Assembly (NCBI GenBank): GCA_007121385.1
Contig: SKLV01000002.1
Coordinates: 18,845 to 82,844, forward strand
Length of the DNA: 64,000 nt
Direction: 5' to 3'
Source: Bdellovibrionales bacterium
GTDB lineage: Bacteria; Bdellovibrionota; Bdellovibrionia; Bdellovibrionales; UBA1609
Shown: in pieces, positions 47,272 to 55,186 of the stretch
How positions within the stretch are numbered: the stretch's first letter is position 1
Layout: each line of letters opens with the position of its first letter
Made by a program: the position numbers and the translations under genes
Notes under the pieces: model-generated
Databases searched by the model: none
Told to the model about the DNA's origin: nothing
What the model saw: only the letters and a program-made list of their open reading frames with translations

Positions 47272-48528
47272 ATGGAAGTCTTCACTGAAGGCGCCCTGTA
47301 TCGCAACACCATAGAAAACTTAGAAAGCGCAGCCAAACTCATCAGCCTCAATCGCAATGTGATGGAAAGACTCCGCTACCCACGACGAGCCATTGTGGTC
47401 TCTATTCCTGTGCGCATGGACGACAACAAGGTTCGCATTTTTCCCGGCTACCGAGTTCAACACAACCAGACTCTTGGACCCTTCAAGGGGGGGTTGCGCT
47501 ATCACCCCCATGTGAACCTCAGTGAAGTGGGGGCTCTGGCCGTGCTGATGACCTTTAAGAACTCTTTAATGGGCTTGCCCCTGGGGGGAGCCAAAGGTGG
47601 GGTCAAGGTAGACCCCAGCAGCCTGTCAAAAACAGAGCTGGAACACCTCACCCGACGCTTCACCACAGAACTCGGCCCTTTTATCGGCCCAGATAAGGAT
47701 ATCCCCGCCCCCGACGTGGGGACGGACTCGCAGATTATGGCCTGGATGCTGGACACCTACTCCATGGAGTCTGGCTTTTCACAAACAGGTGTGGTGACCG
47801 GAAAACCGGTTGAAATCGGCGGCTCACGGGGAAGAGAGTCGGCCACGGGCCTTGGCGTGGTCTATGTGGCCGATCGAGCCCTACAAGTTCTGGGAAAAAA
47901 TCTTAACGAATCCTCATTTGCCATTCAGGGCTTTGGTAAAGTGGGTATGCACGCCGCCATTGAGGCCTATGCGCTGGGAGCCAAAGTAGAGGCTGTGAGT
48001 GATATTTCGGGATGTCTTTATAAAGAGTCGGGGATTAATATTGCCAATCTGGTGCGCTATGTTCAGGAAAACAAAGTGATCCAAGGCTTTCCTGAGGCCG
48101 AAGTGATTTCACCTGAGGAGCTGTTGACCCTGGATGTGGATGTGCTGGCCCCCTGTGCGCTCGATGGAGTATTGAATGAGAACAATGCGGACCAAGTCCG
48201 CGCCAAAGTGATCGTGGAAGGAGCCAATGGTCCAACCAATGTGGCTGCCAACCAGATTCTCCACAAAAAGGGATGCATGGTGGTTCCCGACATTCTCGCC
48301 AATGGCGGCGGGGTTGTGGTCAGCTACTTTGAATGGGTTCAAGACATTGTCTGGCTCTTTTGGACTGAAGAAGAGGTGCGCTCTAAGCTCAGAGAAATTA
48401 TGTTTCGGGCCTTTGATCAAGTTTGGGAGTTCTCACAAAAAAACAACCAAGATATGCGCACTGCCGCTATGGCTACTTCCCTGCTGAGATTGGAAAAGGC
48501 GATGAAGTTGCGAGGACAAGCTTGGTGA
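47272..48528 (+). CDS. gdhA: glutamate dehydrogenase (Glu/Leu/Phe/Val dehydrogenase family)
   Basis: Motifs GGLRYHP, LPLGGAKGG (catalytic Lys) and the Rossmann loop GFGKVG are present. Confidence 0.9.
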   Translation: MEVFTEGALYRNTIENLESAAKLISLNRNVMERLRYPRRAIVVSIPVRMDDNKVRIFPGYRVQHNQTLGPFKGGLRYHPHVNLSEVGALAVLMTFKNSLMGLPLGGAKGGVKVDPSSLSKTELEHLTRRFTTELGPFIGPDKDIPAPDVGTDSQIMAWMLDTYSMESGFSQTGVVTGKPVEIGGSRGRESATGLGVVYVADRALQVLGKNLNESSFAIQGFGKVGMHAAIEAYALGAKVEAVSDISGCLYKESGINIANLVRYVQENKVIQGFPEAEVISPEELLTLDVDVLAPCALDGVLNENNADQVRAKVIVEGANGPTNVAANQILHKKGCMVVPDILANGGGVVVSYFEWVQDIVWLFWTEEEVRSKLREIMFRAFDQVWEFSQKNNQDMRTAAMATSLLRLEKAMKLRGQAW

Positions 48529-49532
48529 TTTTAACCAAACCTTGGCTATGGCTACCCTCGGCCCTTGCTCATGATCTCAGCCCCTATTTTTTGGGCCTCT
48601 ATTCCAAGTTTAAAAAATATGAATCACCCTCTTGGCACTCTTTCACCTGGAGGGGCCTAGAGTTTAAAAATCCCCTTGGTATTGCTGGAGGAGTGGACAA
48701 GAACGGCGATCAAGTGAGGGGATGGTGGAGTCTAGGAGCGGGTTTCGTGGAAGTGGGCACTGTCACCCCAGCTCCGCAAAAGGGGAACTCAGGGCGGGTG
48801 ATGTCACGGAGCCTGAGTCACCAGGCCCTCTGGAATCGCATGGGTTTCCCCAGCCGGGGTGCCGACTATGTTCGAGAGCAGATGGAATCTTTACTGGAAC
48901 CCCATTTCACCCCCATTTTCGTGAATATTGGCAAAAACGCTCAGACACCCTTAGACCGAGCCCACGAAGACTATATATTTAATCTACGCCGTTTAGGCCC
49001 CTACGCCGACGCCTTTGTGATCAATCTGAGCAGTCCCAACACAGAGGGTTTGAGAAAATTACTGGAGCCTCAGGCCTTGAGAGGTTTTTTGCAAACTGTC
49101 ATACAGGTCAATACGGAGGAGTTTGCCCGCCCGCTGCTTCTTAAACTCAGTCCCGATATGGATGAGGAGCAAATGGCCCAAGTCTTGGAGCTTTCCCTGG
49201 AACTCGGACTTGATGGTTGGATTTTGACCAACACCAGCACAGCTCTTCGCCAGGGGCTTTCTTTTCCCCGAGAAGGGGGGGTCTCCGGAGGGCCTTTGGC
49301 CCCGCTGGCTCGGGAGCGGCTGATTTTTGCTACAAAAATTCTAGGGCCACGACGAAATGGTCGGCTCCTGATTTCTTGCGGTGGAGTCCTCTCCGCTGAG
49401 GACGTGTTTGATCGTCTTGAATTAGGAGCCCAACTGGTACAGGTCTACTCGGCCCTGGTTTTCCAAGGGCCATCCTTTTTCCGCCAAGTGGCTCAAAAGG
49501 CCCTGGAATCCACTCTCAGGGAGAAGTCATGA
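48525..49532 (+). CDS. pyrD: dihydroorotate dehydrogenase (quinone), class 2
   Basis: Motifs FKNPLGIAGGVDKNG, NLSSPNT and GGV are present. There is no ATG upstream of the conserved N-terminus, so the start must be the TTG at 48522 or GTG at 48525, overlapping the gdhA stop. Confidence 0.85.
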   Translation: MILTKPWLWLPSALAHDLSPYFLGLYSKFKKYESPSWHSFTWRGLEFKNPLGIAGGVDKNGDQVRGWWSLGAGFVEVGTVTPAPQKGNSGRVMSRSLSHQALWNRMGFPSRGADYVREQMESLLEPHFTPIFVNIGKNAQTPLDRAHEDYIFNLRRLGPYADAFVINLSSPNTEGLRKLLEPQALRGFLQTVIQVNTEEFARPLLLKLSPDMDEEQMAQVLELSLELGLDGWILTNTSTALRQGLSFPREGGVSGGPLAPLARERLIFATKILGPRRNGRLLISCGGVLSAEDVFDRLELGAQLVQVYSALVFQGPSFFRQVAQKALESTLREKS

Positions 49533-49945
49533 GTTCTCCTCCCAAAAAACGTCCCCATTGGATTCCGGTGGTGGCCGCACTCATCCGACGCAATAACTCT
49601 CTGCTCTTAGGCCTTCGCCCTGAAGGGCATAACCTGGCGGGACTTTGGGAGTTTCCCGGCGGAAAAATAGAAATTGGAGAAAGTCCAGAAGCAGCTCTTC
49701 AGCGTGAACTCAGAGAGGAGCTGGGCATTGAGGCTGAGGTGGGTGGACTCAAGTTGGCCACCACTCACAGCTTCGGCAATACTGGAATTGTCCTACTGTT
49801 CTTTGAGGTCAATTTCTGGAAAGGAGAGCCAAAGACCTGCCATCACAGTGAGCTTAAATGGGTCTTAATTGAAGAATTAAAAAACTATCAACTCCCCGAG
49901 GCCAACCAAAAAATTCTTTCTCACATTTTGTCCGTTCTAAAGTAA
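49529..49945 (+). CDS. mutT: NUDIX hydrolase, MutT-type
   Basis: It has the Nudix box GGKIEIGESPEAALQRELREELGI. It is 138 aa, and the ATGA start overlaps the pyrD stop. Confidence 0.75.
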   Translation: MSSPPKKRPHWIPVVAALIRRNNSLLLGLRPEGHNLAGLWEFPGGKIEIGESPEAALQRELREELGIEAEVGGLKLATTHSFGNTGIVLLFFEVNFWKGEPKTCHHSELKWVLIEELKNYQLPEANQKILSHILSVLK

Positions 49946-49953
49946 AGTAGGCT

Positions 49954-50922
49954 ATGCAAGGACACAGGAGCTTACAGCAACAGGTGGCCATTTTAAGTCC
50001 ATCGCTGGGGGAAGACCCGATGGGTCAGAGCACCCGAAGTATGCTGAGCGTTTTCTCTCTTTTGCATTGGAATCGACTGCTGATCACTGGCCAAGATCAA
50101 GGAGAACACCTCTCCCGAATGGATCCTCAGCCTCAACTGCAGGTGTTGGAGTCTTTTTCCAACTGGTCCTGGAAAGAAATTCCAGGGGTCACAAAAATGC
50201 TCTGGGACTACAGGCCCGACTGGGTCCATATTGTCACCCCAAAAAGTGGACTGAGCCACCCCCTTGTCTGGCTGCCAGCCCTCACCCACCCCCTATGGCC
50301 CCATCGAGTTTCTTGCTCCCTGAGCTCGGAGACAAGCCTGAGCGGCTTTGCCTGGAAAACTCTTCAGCCCCTGGTCCTTCAAGCAAACCTCATCTGGGTC
50401 CCATCAGAGCGCCTGAGAGCGCGACTCTCAGCCCAGCTGGGACCAGAGAGACTGAAACAAACACCGGTTTTCATCCATCGAGGTCTCACCGGAGGAAACT
50501 CTCAAAGTCCAGAGACACTTCCTGAAGAATTGAAGCAAATTCTGTCAGAACCTGGAACCAATATTTTTATCCCAGGCACTGTCTCTGACCAGCCAGACCC
50601 TCTCCAATTTCTCCAGCGTCTGCAGAGAATTCAAGTTGAGCTCGGCGAAAACTGTCGCTTTATCTTTGCTGGAGGCTGGGGGCCCCTGGGCCTAAGAACC
50701 AAAACCAGAATTCAGAAAACTCTCCAACAGGAGCAATGGACTGCCCATTGGCTGGCTCCCATTGGTTTGAGTTCAGTACAGCAAGATCTGCTGAAATCCT
50801 GTTGCCCTCTCTTTCTGGACCCCGAGAAGCGTCTTCCCAGGCCTTTCTCTCAAGGCCCCGAGGACCGAGAAATTAACCAGTGGCTCAGAGTTCTTCACCA
50901 AGGCCCGGGTTCTATTAGGTGA
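49954..50922 (+). CDS. hypothetical protein (possibly a degenerate glycosyltransferase-like fold)
   Basis: 322-aa ORF, 8 nt after mutT and 34 nt before a GT4 gene. I recognise no catalytic motif. Confidence 0.4.
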   Translation: MQGHRSLQQQVAILSPSLGEDPMGQSTRSMLSVFSLLHWNRLLITGQDQGEHLSRMDPQPQLQVLESFSNWSWKEIPGVTKMLWDYRPDWVHIVTPKSGLSHPLVWLPALTHPLWPHRVSCSLSSETSLSGFAWKTLQPLVLQANLIWVPSERLRARLSAQLGPERLKQTPVFIHRGLTGGNSQSPETLPEELKQILSEPGTNIFIPGTVSDQPDPLQFLQRLQRIQVELGENCRFIFAGGWGPLGLRTKTRIQKTLQQEQWTAHWLAPIGLSSVQQDLLKSCCPLFLDPEKRLPRPFSQGPEDREINQWLRVLHQGPGSIR

Positions 50923-50956
50923 CAGAAGTCCTTCTCTCAGGCAGAATCTGGACTCT

Positions 50957-52270
50957 ATGTGGCGCACAAAACCGGAGCTTCCTGAAAAGCTCAACCTCTG
51001 CTTTACGGCCATCCGCTTTCCTATTTTAGGTCGAGCTGCCGATCATGGCTTTCTCTGGCCCATAGCTCGGGCCCTGGCTAAAAGGGGGCACTCAGTCACT
51101 GTTTTGGCTTGGAAAAATCCTCAGGGAAAAACTTTGATCAAACAAGATGGAGTGACGGCTTACTTTCTGGGTCAAGACAAACCCTATTCTCTGAGGGACT
51201 TTCCCCAGGTAGTGTTCAGTAAGTTCTCTGAACTCCATGAGCAAAACCCCTTTCACTTGGTCCACAGTATTGATGCCAGTGGCTACGAGGTGGGCATGCG
51301 CCGCCGCTCTTTTGGGGTGGCTATGGCCTATGGAGTTGATGCGACCCAAATGTCTCAGCTCTTTTCTATTTTGGGAATGTCCCAAGAAAGTCTAGGCAGC
51401 CTTCTGAGGACCAGCCTAGCTCTTGTCTATAAATTTTTAACGACCTTTTACGGAAAAGATCGTAAGCTTTTAAAAACAGCAGATGCACTTTTTGTCACAA
51501 GCCCTCAGCAGCAAATTATTTTAGAACGCTATTACCTCTATCCTGACTACAAAACCCACCGCGTCCCCTATGGGATTGAAATTGGCGATCTCTCTCCCAG
51601 GGAAAAGTCCGATGAGTTGCGGCAAAAGCTGGGCCTACCTCCAGATGCTCAGACTGTCGTGACCATTACAGACATGACTGAGCTGGCTGAGGTCAAAAAT
51701 CTTCTTGTAGCCTTTGAAAAAGTGGCGATTAAAAAACCTTCGGCCCGACTGATTATTGTCGGTCATGGTCCCCTGCGCTTTGCCATTGAGACAGAAATGC
51801 TCAACCTTGTTTTGGGCTCAAGAGTGATTTTTACAGGCACTGTGACTAACCAGCTCTTGCCAGACTACATTTCTGTGGCCGACATTTTTGTGAACCTAAG
51901 CTCGCGAACCACTGGTTTAGAGCCCAGTATTTTAGAGGCCATGGCGCAGGAAAAAGTGGTGATTGGATCTGAAGTCTCAGCCATCGCCACCATTGTTGAG
52001 GATGGAAGTGATGGTTACCTTGTGCGACCAGCCGACACAGTCAGTTTGTCCAGCCTAATGCTGAAGATTTTTGCAGACCCAGAATTAACCCAGAATATGG
52101 GAGAGGCCGCACGCAAAAAAGTCATTGATTTATTTGATACTGATAAGATGGTGAATCAAACTCTCCTGGCTTATTACAGGACTTTAATCCGGCAGGCCGG
52201 TTACCGCTCTCCTCGGGTCACAGAACACAATAACTCATCGCAAAATTTATTTTCCCAGCTGCGGACTTAG
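50957..52270 (+). CDS. glycosyltransferase family 4 (GT-B, group 1)
   Basis: It has the N-terminal pattern GRAADHGF...LAKRGHSVTVL and a C-terminal EX7E-type region (GLEPSILEAMAQEKVVIGSEV). Confidence 0.8.
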   Translation: MWRTKPELPEKLNLCFTAIRFPILGRAADHGFLWPIARALAKRGHSVTVLAWKNPQGKTLIKQDGVTAYFLGQDKPYSLRDFPQVVFSKFSELHEQNPFHLVHSIDASGYEVGMRRRSFGVAMAYGVDATQMSQLFSILGMSQESLGSLLRTSLALVYKFLTTFYGKDRKLLKTADALFVTSPQQQIILERYYLYPDYKTHRVPYGIEIGDLSPREKSDELRQKLGLPPDAQTVVTITDMTELAEVKNLLVAFEKVAIKKPSARLIIVGHGPLRFAIETEMLNLVLGSRVIFTGTVTNQLLPDYISVADIFVNLSSRTTGLEPSILEAMAQEKVVIGSEVSAIATIVEDGSDGYLVRPADTVSLSSLMLKIFADPELTQNMGEAARKKVIDLFDTDKMVNQTLLAYYRTLIRQAGYRSPRVTEHNNSSQNLFSQLRT

Positions 52271-52343
52271 CTCTGGTCAAGAACCCAAATTTTAGTTACT
52301 CTTTAATTCTCAATTGAACTCAGCTAGGGGAAGCAACTTTTCC

Positions 52344-52643
52344 ATGACTAAAGCCGATTTGATTAACTTAATTTCTGAGAAGGCCGGCATCACCAGGGTC
52401 AAAGCTGAGACTGTGGTGAACACCATTTTTGACTCCATGATTGAAGCCCTTATGAAAGGGGATCGTATTGAGATCCGTGGCTTTGGATCCTTCGTCAACC
52501 GAGAGTATGAGGCCTATCAAGGGCGCAACCCTCGGACTGGAGAGGTGATTAATGTGGATCAAAAAAAACTGCCCTTCTTTAAGGTGGGCAAAGAGCTCAA
52601 AGAGGATATCAATCGCGGAGCCAACCGCTCCGGGAGTAACTGA
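52344..52643 (+). CDS. integration host factor / HU family DNA-bending protein
   Basis: It shows MTKADLI...IEIRGFGSF...GRNPRTGE...VPFFK-type arms. The ATG at 52344 follows an AGGGGA SD. Confidence 0.85.
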   Translation: MTKADLINLISEKAGITRVKAETVVNTIFDSMIEALMKGDRIEIRGFGSFVNREYEAYQGRNPRTGEVINVDQKKLPFFKVGKELKEDINRGANRSGSN

Positions 52644-54063
52644 AGCCCTTGACCTCTTGGATTTTCTTGACCCCCTGACAGGCCATAAAGAATCTTTCCA
52701 CTCCAAGGGCAATACCACCAGTGGGAGGAATGCCTCTCTCCACACTCTGCAAAAACTCCTGATCTAGGGGGACTTCAGTGGTCCCTAATCTTTGCCTCTC
52801 CTGGCAATCTCTTTCATAGCGATGGAGCTGCTCCTGAGGGCTATTGAGTTCATCAAAGGCATTGGCCAACTCGAGGCCACGCCAGTAAAGCTCCATTCTC
52901 TCGGCCCAGCCCCGGTCATTGATGCGACTCAAGGCCGACTGGGAAGGGGGGTAGTCCTTGACCAACAAAGGGCCTTGCTCCTGAAGCTGGGGCTCAATTT
53001 GAGTCAGAAATAGGAGGTGAAAGAGGTCATCCCAAGCCCACTCAGAATTTCTTAGCCCCTGACCTTTCTCGCCCAAGAGCCTCAGCTCCAGGGCCCGACG
53101 GTAAAGCTCGCTATAAGGGGTATCCGGCTGAAGCTCTAAGCCCACATACTGATCAAAAAGCTCTGAGACACTGATGGATTGAATCAGGGGAAAAGGCTCT
53201 TTGGGACTCAAGCCTTTTATCCATCCCCTATTTCCCAAGAACTGGAAAAGCTCCTGCAGGTCTTGGGCGATCAGATCCAGATTGGCATAGGCTCGATACC
53301 ACTCAAGGAGAGTGAACTCGGGCTCGTGGTGATCACTCAACTCCCCGTTGCGATAACAGGAGCGAATTTCAAAAATATCAGTCCAGCCCTGAGCTAACAT
53401 TTTTTTAAGATGAATTTCTGGACTGGTCGGCAAAAAGAGGGGCCGGCAATCCTGGCCAGGAACTCGAAACGAAGTGAAAAAAGGCTCTAAGGAGGGTTCA
53501 AAACCCGGGCTGACGACCAGAGAGGGGCTGGCGACCTGTGCCAAACCCCGCCCCTTAAAAAACTCTCCAAGGATTATGAGAAACTCCTGCCAAACCTGAA
53601 GCCTCTCCACGGTCACAGTTGTAGCCGGAGCTCCAGCCCAGGGCAAAGAGTCCATACTCTCTCTTTTCCGGGGACAAAGCCGTGTAAGAAAAGAGGCTTG
53701 ATGAAGAGGCTTGTTATGACCTTCTCCCAGAGCCTCTTTAAGACCCCAAAAAGACTCCAACTTGAGCATCACCCGATCTCCCGGCCTGAAGTCTTCCGGA
53801 GCCCATTGAGCTTCTGCAGGAAAGTGCCCCAGCAAAAAGGACAGCCTCAGACCTTGATCGCAGAGCCAAAACTGCCCCTCTGCCAGCTCTTTTGAGGATG
53901 CATACTGCAACTCCCCTCCCAACCACAATTCAGAGTCTTTCGCAATGCTCTGCGGCTCCTGGGATTCCAAAAAGGCCTTTAACCGAGGCAGAGAAAAAAC
54001 CCTTTTTCCAGAGGGCAGGGCGGGATAGGATCTGGGGCCAGAGGGTAAAAAACGATCATCCAT
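52609..54063 (-). CDS. epmA: EpmA/GenX-like class II aminoacyl-tRNA-synthetase paralog with an extra N-terminal domain
   Basis: The class II core motifs are present: FEIRSCYRNGELSDHHEPEFTLLEWYRAY and GGIALGVERFFM. About 136 codons lie upstream of the point where canonical EpmA proteins begin. Confidence 0.65.
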   Translation of the reverse strand: MDDRFLPSGPRSYPALPSGKRVFSLPRLKAFLESQEPQSIAKDSELWLGGELQYASSKELAEGQFWLCDQGLRLSFLLGHFPAEAQWAPEDFRPGDRVMLKLESFWGLKEALGEGHNKPLHQASFLTRLCPRKRESMDSLPWAGAPATTVTVERLQVWQEFLIILGEFFKGRGLAQVASPSLVVSPGFEPSLEPFFTSFRVPGQDCRPLFLPTSPEIHLKKMLAQGWTDIFEIRSCYRNGELSDHHEPEFTLLEWYRAYANLDLIAQDLQELFQFLGNRGWIKGLSPKEPFPLIQSISVSELFDQYVGLELQPDTPYSELYRRALELRLLGEKGQGLRNSEWAWDDLFHLLFLTQIEPQLQEQGPLLVKDYPPSQSALSRINDRGWAERMELYWRGLELANAFDELNSPQEQLHRYERDCQERQRLGTTEVPLDQEFLQSVERGIPPTGGIALGVERFFMACQGVKKIQEVKGFSYSRSGWLRD

Positions 54064-54195
54064 GTAAACTCCAAGGAATCAAAAAGCTCAACTCTGACTA
54101 ACCTTAAGTTATGCCCCTTGTCACCAGTCTATTCTCTTGCTACAAGACAAGTTCGGATTCAAAATTCAAGAAGTTCTGTATGGAAAGGAGCTGCG

Positions 54196-54663
54196 GTGAA
54201 AGTCAATCTCAACTGGGACAGTTTTAAAAAAGAGCTCAATAAATTGGCTGATTTAGACCGCCTTAAAGCCGAAGTTGGGAAGGTGGCTCAAGAAGTCAAA
54301 AACTTTGATATTACCATTCACCTCAGCCCCTCTGCCCAAAAACGCCTTAAACAACTTGAGAAGCGCTACTCAGAGCTCATGCGTTCCCTATCCCGTAAAC
54401 AGCGCCAGATGGACCAGGAGTTCAATCGTTTACTGCGTAAAGTGAAAAGCACTCAAAATGAGGCGCATAAGCGATTTCAAAAGGTCAAAAAAATGGCCCA
54501 TGAGCAAAAAGTGAAAATGGAGAAGGTGATTGCTCAGCCTGGACCTCAGCGCAAGACAACTAAAAGCAAAAAAAAGACCACCGGAGCGAGAAAAAAAGTG
54601 ACCGCCAAAAAAAAGGTGACCAAAAAAGCCCGCTCCACCAAAGCAGTAGCCAACAAAAAGTAA
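54196..54663 (+). CDS. hypothetical coiled-coil protein with a histone-H1-like Lys-rich tail
   Basis: A GTG start at 54196 lies 5 nt after an AAGGAG SD. The helical, charged N-terminal part is followed by the tail KTTKSKKKTTGARKKVTAKKKVTKKARSTKAVANKK. Confidence 0.5.
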   Translation: MKVNLNWDSFKKELNKLADLDRLKAEVGKVAQEVKNFDITIHLSPSAQKRLKQLEKRYSELMRSLSRKQRQMDQEFNRLLRKVKSTQNEAHKRFQKVKKMAHEQKVKMEKVIAQPGPQRKTTKSKKKTTGARKKVTAKKKVTKKARSTKAVANKK

Positions 54664-54672
54664 GATCTTCTT

Positions 54673-55128
54673 ATGCAGGAACAAGAAGCCCAGCTGCTGA
54701 ATATTGTCAATTATGAGCCCGGAGAGTTTCTCTTTCACGAGAACGAACCGGGTCACTTTTTTCTGATTATTCAGCAAGGAGAGGTGGAAGTGTTTCGGAC
54801 TTCCAGGGACCAGAAAAAGGTTCCCCTCGCTATTGTGGGCTCAGGGCAATCTCTGGGTGAGTTCGCGGCCATTGACAAGAAACCTCGGTCTGCTTCTGCT
54901 CAGGCCTTAACCTCTGTAGAAGCTGTGAAAATATCAGAAGAGGCCTATCATCAGCTTCTCTCGGAGCTTCCTGAGTGGGCTTCTTGCGTGCTCACCAGTT
55001 TAGTGGAAAGACTTCGCCAGACCAATGATATTGTCCGCCGCTATGGAATTGTGGATGAGAAGCTGATGGTCGAAATCGAGTCTATCAACCCTAAGGCTGG
55101 CCAGGGAAGTGGAGGACCTAAGGAGTAG
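54673..55128 (+). CDS. stand-alone cyclic-nucleotide-binding domain protein
   Basis: 151 aa with the CAP-effector-domain pattern FLIIQQGEVEV...GQSLGEFAAID..PRSASAQA. There is no HTH or other output domain. Confidence 0.8.
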   Translation: MQEQEAQLLNIVNYEPGEFLFHENEPGHFFLIIQQGEVEVFRTSRDQKKVPLAIVGSGQSLGEFAAIDKKPRSASAQALTSVEAVKISEEAYHQLLSELPEWASCVLTSLVERLRQTNDIVRRYGIVDEKLMVEIESINPKAGQGSGGPKE

Positions 55129-55186
55129 ACCGCCTTTTCTGCCTTTTCCCTTCCCGTTTTAGACCCAATCTGGTAGAGGGTGGGCC

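Noticed and set aside
52609-52643. The IHF/HU gene and the EpmA-like gene overlap convergently by 35 nt.
   Set aside because: Both C-terminal tails are non-conserved extensions. The overlap is probably a neutral consequence of compact gene packing rather than a regulatory device.
54568-54614. A7-A8 homopolymer runs lie in the Lys-rich tail gene and could be slippage or phase-variation tracts.
   Set aside because: They simply encode consecutive Lys codons (AAA/AAG). The tracts are short compared with known contingency loci, and there is no alternative-frame product of note.
55129-55186. I looked for a glycine riboswitch upstream of gcvP.
   Set aside because: Only 58 nt separate the upstream stop from the gcvP ATG, which is too short for even a single glycine aptamer. 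I could not see the conserved GGAGAG...CACCG-type core.
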